Shown one piece after another: positions 12,404 to 25,466 of a stretch of DNA of 64,000 nucleotides (the first letter of the stretch is position 1; each line of letters begins with the position of its first letter). The notes beneath the pieces are model-generated. The model was not told where the DNA came from and ran no database searches. It worked only from the letters and a program-made list of their open reading frames with translations. Position numbers and translations under genes: made by a program. The stretch spans positions 35,960,001 to 36,024,000 of the forward strand of contig OZ024746.1 in NCBI GenBank assembly GCA_964016885.1, written 5' to 3'. The DNA is from Eledone cirrhosa. Its lineage: Eukaryota.

Positions 12404-14062
12404 AACACACAAAAAAACTACACACAAAAAACAATCGAGAAAGTTTACGTCGTCCGGACCGACGGGGAAAATTCTCAATGGAGGACAGACCTGAATTCTA
12501 GCTGTGGAATAAGTCAGTGATACTATATTTGCATACGTACACATATGTTCTTGTACATGTGATGAGTTAATCATATCATATAGTTTAAAAAGTTCATTTT
12601 ATTGTCTATATTTGGAAAGTCGAGCGTTGCCATGAATTTTATTTGTTGCGCATAATATATCATATTGTCATATTACAAATTACATTTCACTTTAATCCTG
12701 TATTTAATACCTAATAATTGTTAAATAATACATTTCTGTGTAGCCCACTATAGCCGCACACATTTTGTACAATTAATACTGAATTCATCTGGAAGATAAT
12801 CGGTTAGACGGGCTCGAAGAAATGGAATCTTAATCTCATAAAAATAACAGCTACACACCAATCATTTCCCAGCCTATCTGCTCGACATGGTCTGTATAAA
12901 ATGAAATATTCTTTTAAATTATAGGGATAACCATTTTCAATATAGCTCTGATCAATCATAATTGTTCTTGTGCGAACATAGAACGTGGGTTTCATCTGAT
13001 TGATGCATATGCCCAATCTACAACACTAGGAAATGTTTTCTTATGGCATTGAGAATTTAAATTGTAGTTACTTCGGTTCCCTGCATTTTAATAATTTTTT
13101 TTTTTTAATGGTGAATTCGAAATTATTTGGACAGTTGGGGACATAATTAATAGATTTACAATTCTTTCACTTTCATACAACAAAATATGTTGGTTCTGTT
13201 TTCACAACACGTTTCATTTTTCCTTTCGATACATATCTCATTTCTCAGCCATTTTTCAACTCTACAACTGTTCAGAGCTGCCACTATTGTTAATATTTAT
13301 GGCTCTTATTCTATTACACATCTGAAATTCTAGGAGTTGCTCCAGGCTTAATTTCACGCGCTATTTTTCAAGAATAATTCTCTTTTTAAAATGTGGCAAT
13401 ATCATATTGTAAATCGCATGTGTCTATTAGCGATTCATTAACAAAATGATATATTGTCTGCTAGAAGAAGTGTTCTTGCACATATGATATCCAAAATTTC
13501 AGAACTATCTATTTTAAGAGTTCACTGGTTTGCCTCTTTGTTTTAAATCCTATTCTAAATTATAGTTAATTACTTTGAAACATTTTTGATCCTGCCCATG
13601 TTATTGAACTTGTCCATCTATGAAGTGCCGTGAGTTTGAAATATTTTATCTCTCGTATATTACAGCATGTATTTTAAACCAGAGAGAATCTAGAGAGGAT
13701 AGAGTCAGTCTCTTCTCGTTCACATCAGCATATACGATATACATACAATATTGCTTCGATTTTGTTTTTCCTGCAAATAATAATTTGCTCTTGTTTTACC
13801 AGAGATCAGTATGTTATTTTGGTCATATAAACGTAGATACATGCATATATAATGTATACATAAATACAAACAAACACGCACATACACACACACACTTTAG
13901 ATACTTCGAGTTTCGCATGCGCAATAGTAAAACATGAAATGTCCGTCTCTTTATTTCCAACAATTTATACTAGAATGGAAAGGTATATTCAATATGATGA
14001 CTATATATATATATTCAAACAGATACATATGCATGCATACAACCCCACACACATATATATAT

Positions 14063-14480
14063 TTGTGGAATGTCAACTCTGGATGTCGGTGTGCATGTCC
14101 AGCCAACCTCAGTCTCCTCTGTGTCACATTTGAGCTGACTTTTGGGATGCTCCCATACAGCTCTGAGTTTGTCATCCTCAATGTATACTGATTAATGTTC
14201 AGAGCCATCCTCAGCATTCTCGTGTAGCACTCATCCACCATCTGAGTGAGTTTCTTGGTCAGTGTCCAAGTCCCAGACCCATACAGCAGCACAGACTCCA
14301 CTACAGCAATGGACACTAGAAGAGGAAGACCAAGGTTAACGTATGTTGATGCCCTAAGGACAGACACTGGTCTGTTGGAGATGCAGGACATGGCAGCGAT
14401 AATGAGGGACAGGGACCGCTGGAGAGAACTCGTCCATGGATCTCGGGAATTTTACCCGCCTTAGATAGATAGATAGATAT
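14063..14480. mobile_element. RTE-clade LINE 3' fragment with 5' inversion
   Basis: Minus strand 14063-14310 reads VESVLLYGSGTWTLTK...RRLRLAGHAHRH. Plus strand 14310-14464 reads RRGRPRLTYVD...DRDRWR, followed by a (TAGA)n tail. Confidence 0.8.
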
Positions 14481-14568
14481 ATATTTGTGTGTGTCTGATG
14501 GTAGCTAAGATTCTTCCATGGGCGGTATGCCGGTTGAGCACTCTATGTTCTTACAGAGCAGGGTGTGA

Positions 14569-14740
14569 TATAATATAAAACGAAAAATCAGTGATGCATC
14601 TGAACTCAATTTATTTTGAGTTACAATTGCTTCGCCAGTAGACAGCTCGAGACACAATGATCGTGTCTGCCGGCAAAACAATAGTAACACACAATAAATT
14701 GAGTTCAGATTCATCACTGATTTTTCGTTTTATAATATAT
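14569..14740. repeat. Inverted repeat, about 45-bp arms with about 78-bp spacer
   Basis: TATAAAACGAAAAATCAGTGATGCATCTGAACTCAATTTATT versus AATAAATTGAGTTCAGATTCATCACTGATTTTTCGTTTTATA. Confidence 0.85.
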
Positions 14741-14776
14741 ATATATATATCTACCGTGTGTCACTGTTCTACATTC

Positions 14777-14809
<33 letters not shown>

Positions 14810-14839
14810 AGATCAAAAGATGGTTAAAGGAGTTCAATA

Positions 14840-14908
14840 TATTTTATTATGCGCATTTCAAAAACAAACATCATCAAACAATAATATTTGTGTTTTCATC
14901 AGATAAAA
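14840..14908 (-). ncRNA. Type I hammerhead ribozyme in a solo PLE pseudo-LTR fragment (same family as 38686 and 43606)
   Basis: Minus strand: TTTTAT CTGATGA ... GAAA T GCGC A TA ATAAAA. Confidence 0.7.
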
Positions 14909-14946
14909 CAGCATTGCTTTATTGTACTACAATAAAACTCACCTCC

Positions 14947-15023
<77 letters not shown>

Positions 15024-15835
15024 TAGAAAAGTATTATATATAGTTGTGTGTGTGTGTGTGTGTGTATGTGTACCTTCATAACTAAACACTAAATTATACT
15101 AGCATGTATATATTTATATACTAAATGTTGTTTGAAGTTTTATCTTTATATATCTTAAACTAATTTTCATGCAATCCTTAGACATTTACATCTCATATCA
15201 TGACACACTTCCATTCCTGCCCTCTCTATAATGTGTTTCTCTTATTTTCTTCAGAATGCATTCTTAATACTTTTCGCTTAATAATATATGTCCTTCCTAT
15301 TTAATGAAACCATAGAATATATTAATCTCTCTCTGACGTCAATGTCGTCATTATCCTTTTAAAACTGTTTTGCTTTGTTACAGTGTATTTAACGTTAGGA
15401 ATTATTTATGATATATTTTCTTATATATCCCTTGCAAAAATATTTGCAAGATGAGAAAGTGATAGACTTAGAGAAGTTTCTTTACAATTGAAAAGATCCA
15501 CTGAAAAGTTGTTTAATTTTAATTGATATTGTAGATTAGCCTTGGCACATTTCATAGGAATAACGGTTAGTAACTGATATTATTATTAAAATATTGTATT
15601 TGAGAGTGGCATAGTAGAATCCAATATCTGAATTAATATAACATACACACATCGAATATAGTTTTTTTAATGTTTCTCGTAAAACCAATATTCTTACAGG
15701 GCCGGCTAGATTATGGGTGATGCACAAATACATATGTGTTGAACGAGGAAAGAAATAACATTTGTTTTAATAGAAGCATGTGTGAATTATTTTTCATTGT
15801 GGGCAAATAAGAGTTACTGACAACATCAAGATAAA

Positions 15836-16240
15836 CAGGGTTGTTCAATCTTCACAATAGACTCAGTTGATAACACAATTTTGCCTACACATGACAGCAG
15901 GTGCTCTACATAAACTCATAAGTCGGCAATGTTCGGACACTGGACGATTGCGCGCAGGACGGTTTCTTTGTTCTGCACGCATCTCGGATAGGCCTGACTA
16001 ACGGCACTTCCATGTCTGTGACGTTTATCTCAAACTGTCAACACTCCTCAGTATCACTGCCATGTCAGGGATTTCTGGAAATTATCCACGGGCCCTGGAC
16101 CGAAAGTCCTTCTGAAAAGAGTGGCTAGTTGATTTTTGTCGATGTCTAGAGTTTCCCTGAAACGTTGTCGCTTTTATCTGACACTATCCCTGTATAGAAC
16201 GCCATGTTGGTGTTTCCTCCTATCATATTGCCCGATTTTT
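15836..16240 (-). mobile_element. Old Tx1 LINE 3' fragment (zf-RVT region)
   Basis: Minus strand gives LFRRTFGPGPVDNFQKSLTWQ and PRCVQNKETVLRAIVQCP, homologous to about 10370-10650. Confidence 0.8.
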
Positions 16241-16259
16241 GAAGGGCAATGACAATACT

Positions 16260-16905
16260 AATTGTTTCTACATTTGGCGCAAGGCCAGCAATTATGCCGG
16301 CTGCAATACTGGTGCTTTATTTTAATGATCCCGTAAGAATGAAAGGCAAATATAGCCTCGGTGTGATTTGAAATCAGAACGTAAAGAGCCATGACTCTAT
16401 GCTGCAAAGCATGGTGTCTGTCGCTTGAGCGATACTGCCAATACACCGCCTTAATAAGTATAAATATAATGCAAATAATTGTTTCTACATTTGGCACAAG
16501 GCCAGCAATTAATCAGTACATTACTGGTACTTTATTTTATCGACCCCGTAAGGATGAAAGGCAAAGTTAACCTCGACGGGATTTGAACTCAGACCGTAAA
16601 GGGACATAACTATATTAGAAAGCATGGCGTCCAACCCTCTACCGATACTGCCAATTCACCGCCCTTATAATAAAAATAATAATAGTTGTTTCAACTTTAG
16701 TCACAAGGTCAGCAATTTAAAGGGGAAGGGAAATGCGATAAAATCGATCCCAGTGCATTACTGGTACTTTATGTTATTGACCCTATGAGGATGAAAGGCA
16801 AAACTAACCTCGAGGGTATTTGAACTGAGAACGTAAATGGCGGTAACTCTATGCTGCAAAACATGGTGTCCAACGCTCTACCAATTCTGCCAATCCACCG
16901 CCCGA
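16260..16905 (-). mobile_element. Three tandem tRNA-derived SINE copies
   Basis: Each copy on the minus strand has a GGCGGTG..TTGGCAG A-box-like head, a GTTCAAAT-type B box, a TTTGCCTTTCATCC body and a GGCCTTGTGCC...AGAAAC tail. Confidence 0.88.
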
Positions 16906-17149
16906 CAATGATAATGATGTTGATGATAACTTATCAGTGAATGAATTAGAGCATCTCAAATTTCATAATGATATAATGGTGCTTTACTTTATTTATACTT
17001 TAAAGAACACTAGGATATATTAATATATTTTACATCGCTATCTTTACCATATCCAACATCACAAGTACATTTTTTTATTTATAAAATGATTTCCATTGAC
17101 ATGCCTAAATATCTCCTGGGACTTACCCGTTTCTATTGTTTTTCACATA

Positions 17150-17600
17150 TAGCTCACTATCAGCATAATCATCCTCATCATAATAATCATCATATTCAAT
17201 AACAATATCGTCACCATCATATTCATCATCATCATCATTATCACCACCATCATTAAGGTCACCACCAGCACCAATATCACAACCACAAACACCAATATCA
17301 CTAGCACCACCACCACCACAACAACAACCACAAACATCCTCCTAATTATAAACATCGACGTCAACGCCATCAGAATCCTGATCGACTTCCTAATAAAAAT
17401 CTAAATGAACATGAACATCGTTCACGTCATTAAGGAGATGAAAGAGAATCATATACTGAATAATGTTTAATGATGAGGAAAGGTTAATGATGATGACAAT
17501 GATCTAATCGAATATGATGATGACCAGGAGGATCATCACCATTTACATCAGCGTTATCTTCAACACCATCATCAGAGGCACTAAACTTATCATCATAACA
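17150..17600. repeat. Degenerate (CAT/CAC)n low-complexity tract
   Basis: Decayed trinucleotide runs. Confidence 0.7.
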
Positions 17601-19159
17601 ACTCTCATATTCATCTTCCAGTTTCAGCTCTTCTTGCATGCCCATTCATCACCCTCTTACACGTCCACTTACTGAATCAACAACATCTATGTTATATACC
17701 TCTTATCGATGATTTGATAGAGGTGATTTCCTGTTCAGAACAGTATTTAGCATAGGTTAATGAGGCAGCGTGATGTTTACTCATTTTTGTTTTATATTGA
17801 AGTATTCTATGTGTTGTGGTTGTTCATGTCGATCATCAATATTCTAATAAACAAGAAGAGCATGTAAACAATTTTCTAACTTTCTTAAAAATGCCTACAG
17901 TCAATTAAATATAGGTAATGAGAATGCACTCTTTGTAAAAAGTATGAAAGTGAAATTGTGTATGGCTTGATGGCGTGAAAAACCTTTCAGTATTCAGATA
18001 CTTCAAACATTTAAATATGAAAACACCTTTTGAAGATCATTCATGCTGTTATATCAATTAGAATAATCGTAGAATTTCATTGAACTGTTCTCTTTGAAGA
18101 GTCTGTCCCGTATTCATAGAGGTAAACAAATATTTATCTTCATTTGTGGATTTATATCTAGATATACCAAAACAGGGAGGTAGAAAGACAGACAAAAAAA
18201 AAAGAGAAATAAACAGATACTCATAACTACACACAGTAAAATATATACTGAAGAGCAGTAAATTCCGTATTTAAACATAAACACACACTATCATATTATA
18301 TATCTCTCATTATTCCATGTGTGTGTGTGTGTGTGTGTGCGTGTGTGTGTGTGTCTCTGTGTGTGTGTATGTGTGTGTGTGTGCATTTAAGGTGAGACGG
18401 CGATAGAGAGTAATACAAAGTACGCCGATTTATTAACGGAACAGAAACGTTATGAATCAATTATATAGACTTAATTGTTAGTTTTATCTACCAACGAAGG
18501 AATGAGTTCTATTCACGCCGTGAAATGAAAATAACTCTGTGATAGCATTACATTTTTGCAACATTGCATTACATTCGAGTTTATTGTGTGATACATCAAT
18601 ATTCATATATTCTTATCGACACACGATTTATATGTATAAAGTGTTATGATAAAATATGAAAGTTATATAACCATAATTTCTGTTATTACGTCATTAGCCG
18701 TAATACACATTTCTGCTACGTTTTGATATCGGGCTAGACCTGCTTTCGAGGTTGATAATCCAAAGGTCTTCTCCGGAATTAAATCTATTTCCTTAACAGA
18801 CTGTCTGAATATGTTGCGTGAAGAATCGCGTCATTGTATCGAGACAAAATGATAGGACCTGTGATAGGACAAATGATGGCCGCCTATATACATGCATTTG
18901 AAATCCCATTACATATACCACTGAATAGGTTGTTTCGCCATTCGAAACTTTTAAAATAATCCGTGCTTGTTCAGGATGCTCCTGTATATTTTAATTCTTC
19001 TAATTGTATGAAAATTATTTTATGTATTATGTCATCATTTAAATTAGAGCAGTGATGTTTTGAATTCGTCTCAGCAAACAGGAAATATACCTTCCATTTT
19101 TTCCTAATTCATTAATCCTTGAAAGCCCTATATACTTTTTAACCATACGCTACATATAG

Positions 19160-19277
19160 AACGATGCGGTATTTGTTCCGGTTCTCTGCTCTACGAGTTC
19201 AAATGCCACCAAGGTCAAATTTGCTTTTCATCCTTTCAAGGTCGATGAAAAATTACCAGTCTAGTACTAGTGTCGAT
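19160..19277 (+). mobile_element. Partial SINE of the same family
   Basis: GAGTTCAAATGCCACCAAGGTCAAATTTGCTTTTCATCCTTTC...GTCGAT. Confidence 0.7.
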
Positions 19278-20847
19278 CTTTCATCTTTATCTCTTTCTCA
19301 CCTACTTTGTCTCATTGTGTATCCTTCTCTGGAAGATCAGCTGAGTTCAGGCACGGAGGGAGTGGGCTGAGACGCGCTTAAAATATCAATGCAAAGAGTT
19401 TGATTATGCGGTGCACCTACCACCCATATAGAGTCACGAGAACATGTTATATTATTCTTATTGTCTCCTCATGTCGACAGCTGTCCAGTCTTCTGCATAT
19501 TCACAATATTTGATGTGGTCAGGCATACACACATGATGATAATCAAGATAAAGAGAAAGTTCCAAAAAGTTTAAATGTATAATAATTATTGCATAAATGA
19601 CATTGAGGATTTCGTTAACAAACCAGGACTGCACTGCGTGTTTTAGAAACAGAACGTGAGAGAGTGAGTGAATGAAATGGGAAATGAGAAACATGCGGAA
19701 GATAAAACTTTGAAAACGAATTAAATAATTATGCTTTTTACATTACTTTGAATCACCTGCGAAAGATAGATACTTTGATGGACAAGGTTTTAGAATATTT
19801 ATTGTAATTTAGCAAAAAGGTGCAACAAATATGATTGATCTAAGCCGCTGTGTAAAGATCAAAGGATGAGCTGGAAAATAAATAGGTTTAGATGCCAATG
19901 AAATTTGCTGACCAGACAACCTTGACCTGCAACAAATTTGTGCCAGTTTACAAGAAGCAATAAAACAGGTGAGACATGATTTTTCCTGCATGATAGTATT
20001 TTCCAAATACAGTTGCCATTGTTTTCATTAGCTCTAAAGCTATTAGATTTCAGAATTATTGCGTTATTCTCCATTTGTTGCGATATAGTACACCAGCAAC
20101 AATACTTTGAATGTGAGCTCTGTGAGTCACATAATATCAGCTCGATAAACCACGACCAAGCACTGAACAATTATAATAACTGTATTTTGTTTTTATCATA
20201 ATTGCTTGGTGCTTGGTCAGAATTTATCCAGAATACTGGCAACATGTAGTCAACAATAATATTTCTAAAACAACTGTCATAAAGGAAACAAAATACACTA
20301 AGAGCAACACAAATCATTTAATGATAGAAAAATAGCCCACATTTGTACAAATCATATTCCACCGGGATACTTCACAAATGTCCATTTAATCAGAGGACAT
20401 TGATGTGCCTTTCATCTGTATTGCTTACTCACACGTAGATCTAATGCAAGAGACGGAGGTAGTGGTGCAAATTCTGAAGTGGTATGAATGTCCTTTGTTT
20501 AGAATTACATAACATTACATGATTTTCAATAGCCAAAATCATTCTAGTGGAATATATAATAGCTGTTGTATATCAAATGACATTTGATCACCGTTCAAAA
20601 AGTTATATAAAACGGCAGCCTATGTTAGATACATTAATATAATACGATATAAATCACATGTAAAATAAATCCATGGTTTCCATCTTAAACTAAGCAGCAT
20701 CAATGGGAAATATTGTGGTGTCATAATATTTCACCAATTTGTTGCATAGGTGTTAATAATTGGCATTCATTTTCGGTGTATTGTATCATGACTTTTCCCC
20801 AGTTCCCCTTTTTATCACTCTCTCAGATTCACTCATTCACTGTCTCA

Positions 20848-20921
<74 letters not shown>

Positions 20922-21389
20922 ATCTCTCTCTCTCTCTCTCGCTCTCCCTCTCCCTCTCTCTCTCTACATATATATACGTATATATATATATATATATATT
21001 TATATATGTATATGTGTGTGTGTGTGTGTGAATGTGTCTATGCCTCTGTATGTGGGTGTGTAGGTGTAACTATGCCGGTGTGAGTACGCAATTCGTCTAA
21101 GTGGAATTGCCTCAATACATTGAATGTTTCAAATTGTGCCTATTTCTGGCTGTCTAACGTGAAAAGGCTGATTTGCACAAGAATGTGTTGGCCGAGGTGA
21201 TAAGTATCTATTTGTAATGTATTACAAGACTTGGGTAGTTTTCGATGAGCAGGTGATTTAAAGTTATTATGCAAATGCTTGCTTTATATTCAATAAAATG
21301 TGAAATGCCATTGATTGTAAGGTGGATGTACAAGATTTGTTACGCGCGCGCACAAACTCCCGCACACACACACACACACACACACATAA

Positions 21390-21509
<120 letters not shown>

Positions 21510-21826
21510 TTAGATTTGTTGATAACACAGCTATACAAAAGCAAAGAACCATTCAAAGATCAAATGTGAATTTAGAGTCCATAGCAAGATAGCTAAAAGA
21601 CAATTCAGAGTTAAATCTCGTAGCTGAGTGTCTAAGCACAGTAGTTTTACAACATCCCAGATCATGTATATAAAAATTAATATAAATAACCATTATTACA
21701 TTTCTTTAACTTACTTAATTGTGAATATTTCTTCTTATAAAACGAACGTATATCATTTCAATATTTTAATGTAATTTAATCATGCTTATTTTAGTTCATC
21801 AATATATATATATATATATATAGATG

Positions 21827-21877
21827 AGATTCTACAGGACTAGAACTGTTTCATTCTTTAGAAATCATCAGGAATCT
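21827..21877 (-). ncRNA. Type I hammerhead ribozyme (inverted copy of 37046-37096)
   Basis: Minus strand: AGATTC CTGATGA TTTCTAAAGAAT GAAA CAG TTCTAGTC CTG TA^GAATCT. Confidence 0.75.
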
Positions 21878-22417
21878 GGGTATCAAAAAATAAGTGGTAG
21901 GAGAGGGTGGGGAGTGGGATGGGTGTAGGTCATTGGTTGATAGAAAAGGGAATTCATTAAAAACTAATTCTACAAAGCTATAGTTTATTTTTATTTATAT
22001 TTGTTTTTAGAGTAACAAAGGCAGACAGAATTCTATAAACGGGTTCAGGATGGCAAGCCATTCCTTGTTATTAAGTTTCTCTTAAGCTAACAGGTGTCTA
22101 TAAGATCAGTGGGAGGTCAGTCATGGTAGATAGAAAACGGAGATTCTTTAAAAGCTAAATTCATTAAGGTTCTACTAAGTGACAAAGGTTTAGAGAATTC
22201 TGTAGACAAATTCAGAATATTAGTGCATATCTTACAATTATCTCCAAATTTCTCATAAACTATTCAACTATATGCCAAAAATCAACAGACACATTCACAA
22301 AACACACTCACTCACACACTCGCGCGTAACTATAAACACACATACACATACCCATATACACACATAAAAACACACACACACATATAAATATATTTATATA
22401 TATACATATATACATAC

Positions 22418-22462
<45 letters not shown>

Positions 22463-22529
22463 CATACATACACACACACACACACATACATACACACATA
22501 TATATACATGTGTATATATATATATATAA

Positions 22530-24359
22530 TTAAAAAATCCCCTAAACTTTATGTCTCCTCCGATAAAACCAAAAACGTTTATGAGGTAGACCCACAGACC
22601 TACAATAAGCTGGCAAAAAATACCACCACGACCACCTACAAAAAGGTAATAGAGATGGCACTGACTGAGACAAACGCGGCCGGAAAAGAAATCGCCAAGT
22701 CCCTTAAATTACACGACCGAACCGAACCTTTAAGGGTAAAGACCCCGCACTTTACCCTGAAGGACCATAAGGGAAACTTCCTCAACAAACCATCAGTCAG
22801 ACTTATCAACTCCACTAGTTCTGACATCGGCTCTATCAGTAAGAAGATCCTGGATAGAGTTCTACCATCATGCGGGCTGCCTCACCACTTCCACTCTCGA
22901 GCAGAACATCTGAGGCAATATCATGGTTCCAAAAATTACCCGACAAACACCACACTCGCTTCCTGCAACTCGACATAGAAAACTACTATGCCTCTATCTC
23001 GGAGCCCCTCCTGAAGGACGCAATTAACTTTGCCAGGAATTTTACCACCATTACCGATGCTGAGCAAGTTGTTATCCTCCACGCTCGTAAGACCTTTCTA
23101 TATCACGATGGATCTTACTGGATCAACAAGAAATCTCAGACCCCATTTGATGTTAGCATGGGAGCGAGTGACTCGGCTGAAATTAGCGACCTTGTGGGCC
23201 TGTACATCCTACATCACCTGAAGAACCTCTTTACCGGCCTAACAGGAGGTTTATACCGAGACGACGGCCTCTTCGCCCTGCATAAGGTTAACCCCAGAAC
23301 CACCGATGGGTTTCGGAAAAACTTAAGCTCATTCTTCTCTAATCTAGGATTTAGTATAACTATATAATCTAATTTGACTAGGGCCAACTTCTTAGATGTC
23401 ACTCTCGACCTAGATACTTCCCTCTATTACCCGTACCACAAACCTAACGAGTCCCTTAAATATATTAATGTTAATTCAAACCACCCCCAAAACATCACTG
23501 ATAACCTAGTAAAAAGCGTCTCTATTAGAATATCTGGCCTCTCCGCCAACAAAGATATTTTTAACGCATCTGCCTCCTACTACAATGACGCCCTCGCCCG
23601 TAGCGGATTTAAAGAAAAGATAACATACCTAGAAACCACCGCAAGATTGCAGAGGAGGAATATACATAGGCAGATTAGCTGGTACAAGCCTCCCTTCAAT
23701 AGAGAGGTGTCAAATCCGATAGCTAGGATTGTCTTCACTTTGCTGAAATTACACTTCCCCATACAACATAGGTACCACACCATCTTTAATAAGAACGCAA
23801 TAAGACTCTCCTACTCCACCACACCTAACCTAGCTAGGAATATAGCCAACCACAATTCTAAAAAATGAAATAAGCCAACCACCTCCGAACCCAATCCCCG
23901 GACTGGGGCTCTGTGTAATTGCCTAAATAAGGAAGCATGCCCACTTGAAAACAAATGCCTCACAAATGATATCGTATACAAATGCGATGTCATCTCAGGC
24001 ACCGATGATTGCAAAAAAACTTACATCGGCATCACCTCCAACAACTTTAAGACCCGTTGGTATGCCCATACCCGCTCCTTCAGATGACCGGATAAATCAA
24101 ACCAGACAACACTCGCCTCCTACGTTTGGGACCTCAAAAGGAACTCCACCCCTTCACGCTTAAATGGAAAATACTCCAGGAGGCGCGCTCTTACAACGGA
24201 GGACACAAGGGCTGCGACCTTTGTATTTCAGAGAGCTACAAAATGTTATTCGCCAAGGGCCCGCTACTGAACAAACTCTCTGAACACTGCCCGAACTGCA
24301 TGCACAAGAACTTTGCAACTTTCAAACACTTTAAGCCAGTGTTAAAACCTGATGGCTAA
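22530..24359 (+). pseudogene. Penelope-like RT + GIY-YIG endonuclease (YRDD type, tentatively Hydra-like clade), disrupted
   Basis: SDKT, LKDHK, MGASDSAEISDLVG, GGLYRDDG, NFLDVTL, SNHP, CNC...CPL...CL, IVY...YIG, CDLC. Several stops and frameshifts. Confidence 0.9.
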
Positions 24360-24529
24360 AAACGACCACCTCCTATTGGCCCCTATACCTCCTTCCCACC
24401 CTACCCCCACGCCTCCTCCACCTGAAATACGGCCACTATGGTTATGTGAGTACCTCTTACCTATCTACTTTTTCTGCCTGTAGAGGTGTTTTTATGTACC
24501 TGCGTATATGCGTATATTTATTGAGTACT

Positions 24530-24882
24530 TATTTATTTGTATGTGTATATATTTGTGTGTATGTGTGTATATGTATGTGTATGTATATATATATATGTGT
24601 GTATATGTGTTTATTTATGTAGTTATATATGTATATATGTGTATATATATGTGTGTATATATATGTATATATGTGTGTATATGTGTGGGTGTGTGTGTGT
24701 GTGCGTATATGTATGTATATGTATGTTTGTATGTATGTGTGTGTATATGTATATATATATATATGTATATATATGTATATATATATGTGTGTGTATACAT
24801 ATATGTATGTATATGTATTTATTTATATATATATATATATATGTATATATGTGTGTGTGTGTGTATATATATGTGTGTGTGC

Positions 24883-24945
<63 letters not shown>

Positions 24946-25175
24946 AGTGTGTGTATATATATGTGTGTGTGTATGTGTGTATGCGTGTATATATATGTAT
25001 ATATGTGTGTATATGTGCGTATATATGTATGTATGTATGCGTATATATGTGTGTATATGTCTGTGTATGTATATGTATATGTGTATATATATATATGTAT
25101 GTACATGTGTATATGTGTGTGTGTATATATGCGTATATATATGTGTATATGTATATATGTATGTATATATATGTG

Positions 25176-25206
<31 letters not shown>

Positions 25207-25241
25207 GTGTATGTGTGTATGTGTGTATGTGTGTATGTGTA

Positions 25242-25290
<49 letters not shown>

Positions 25291-25466
25291 ATGTATATGT
25301 ATATGTATATATGTTTATATATGTGTGTATGTATGTGTGTATGTATGTATTATGTGTGTGTATGTGTATATGTATCTATGTATATATATGTATGTATATG
25401 TATATGTATATATATATATGTGTATATATATATATATATATATGTGTATGTATATATGTATGTATG
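24530..25466. repeat. Compound (TA)n/(TG)n/(TATG)n microsatellite
   Basis: Direct inspection; source of the spurious Y/I/C/V ORFs. Confidence 0.97.

Noticed and set aside
16260-16905. tRNA genes
   Set aside because: The A/B boxes belong to SINE heads; there is no cloverleaf and they continue into a shared SINE body.
23866-24090. Two in-frame TGA codons in the PLE endonuclease region as possible selenocysteine (described for Naiad PLEs)
   Set aside because: They are not at conserved Cys positions, the element also has a TAA stop and frameshifts, and its endonuclease is C-terminal. Ordinary decay is more likely.
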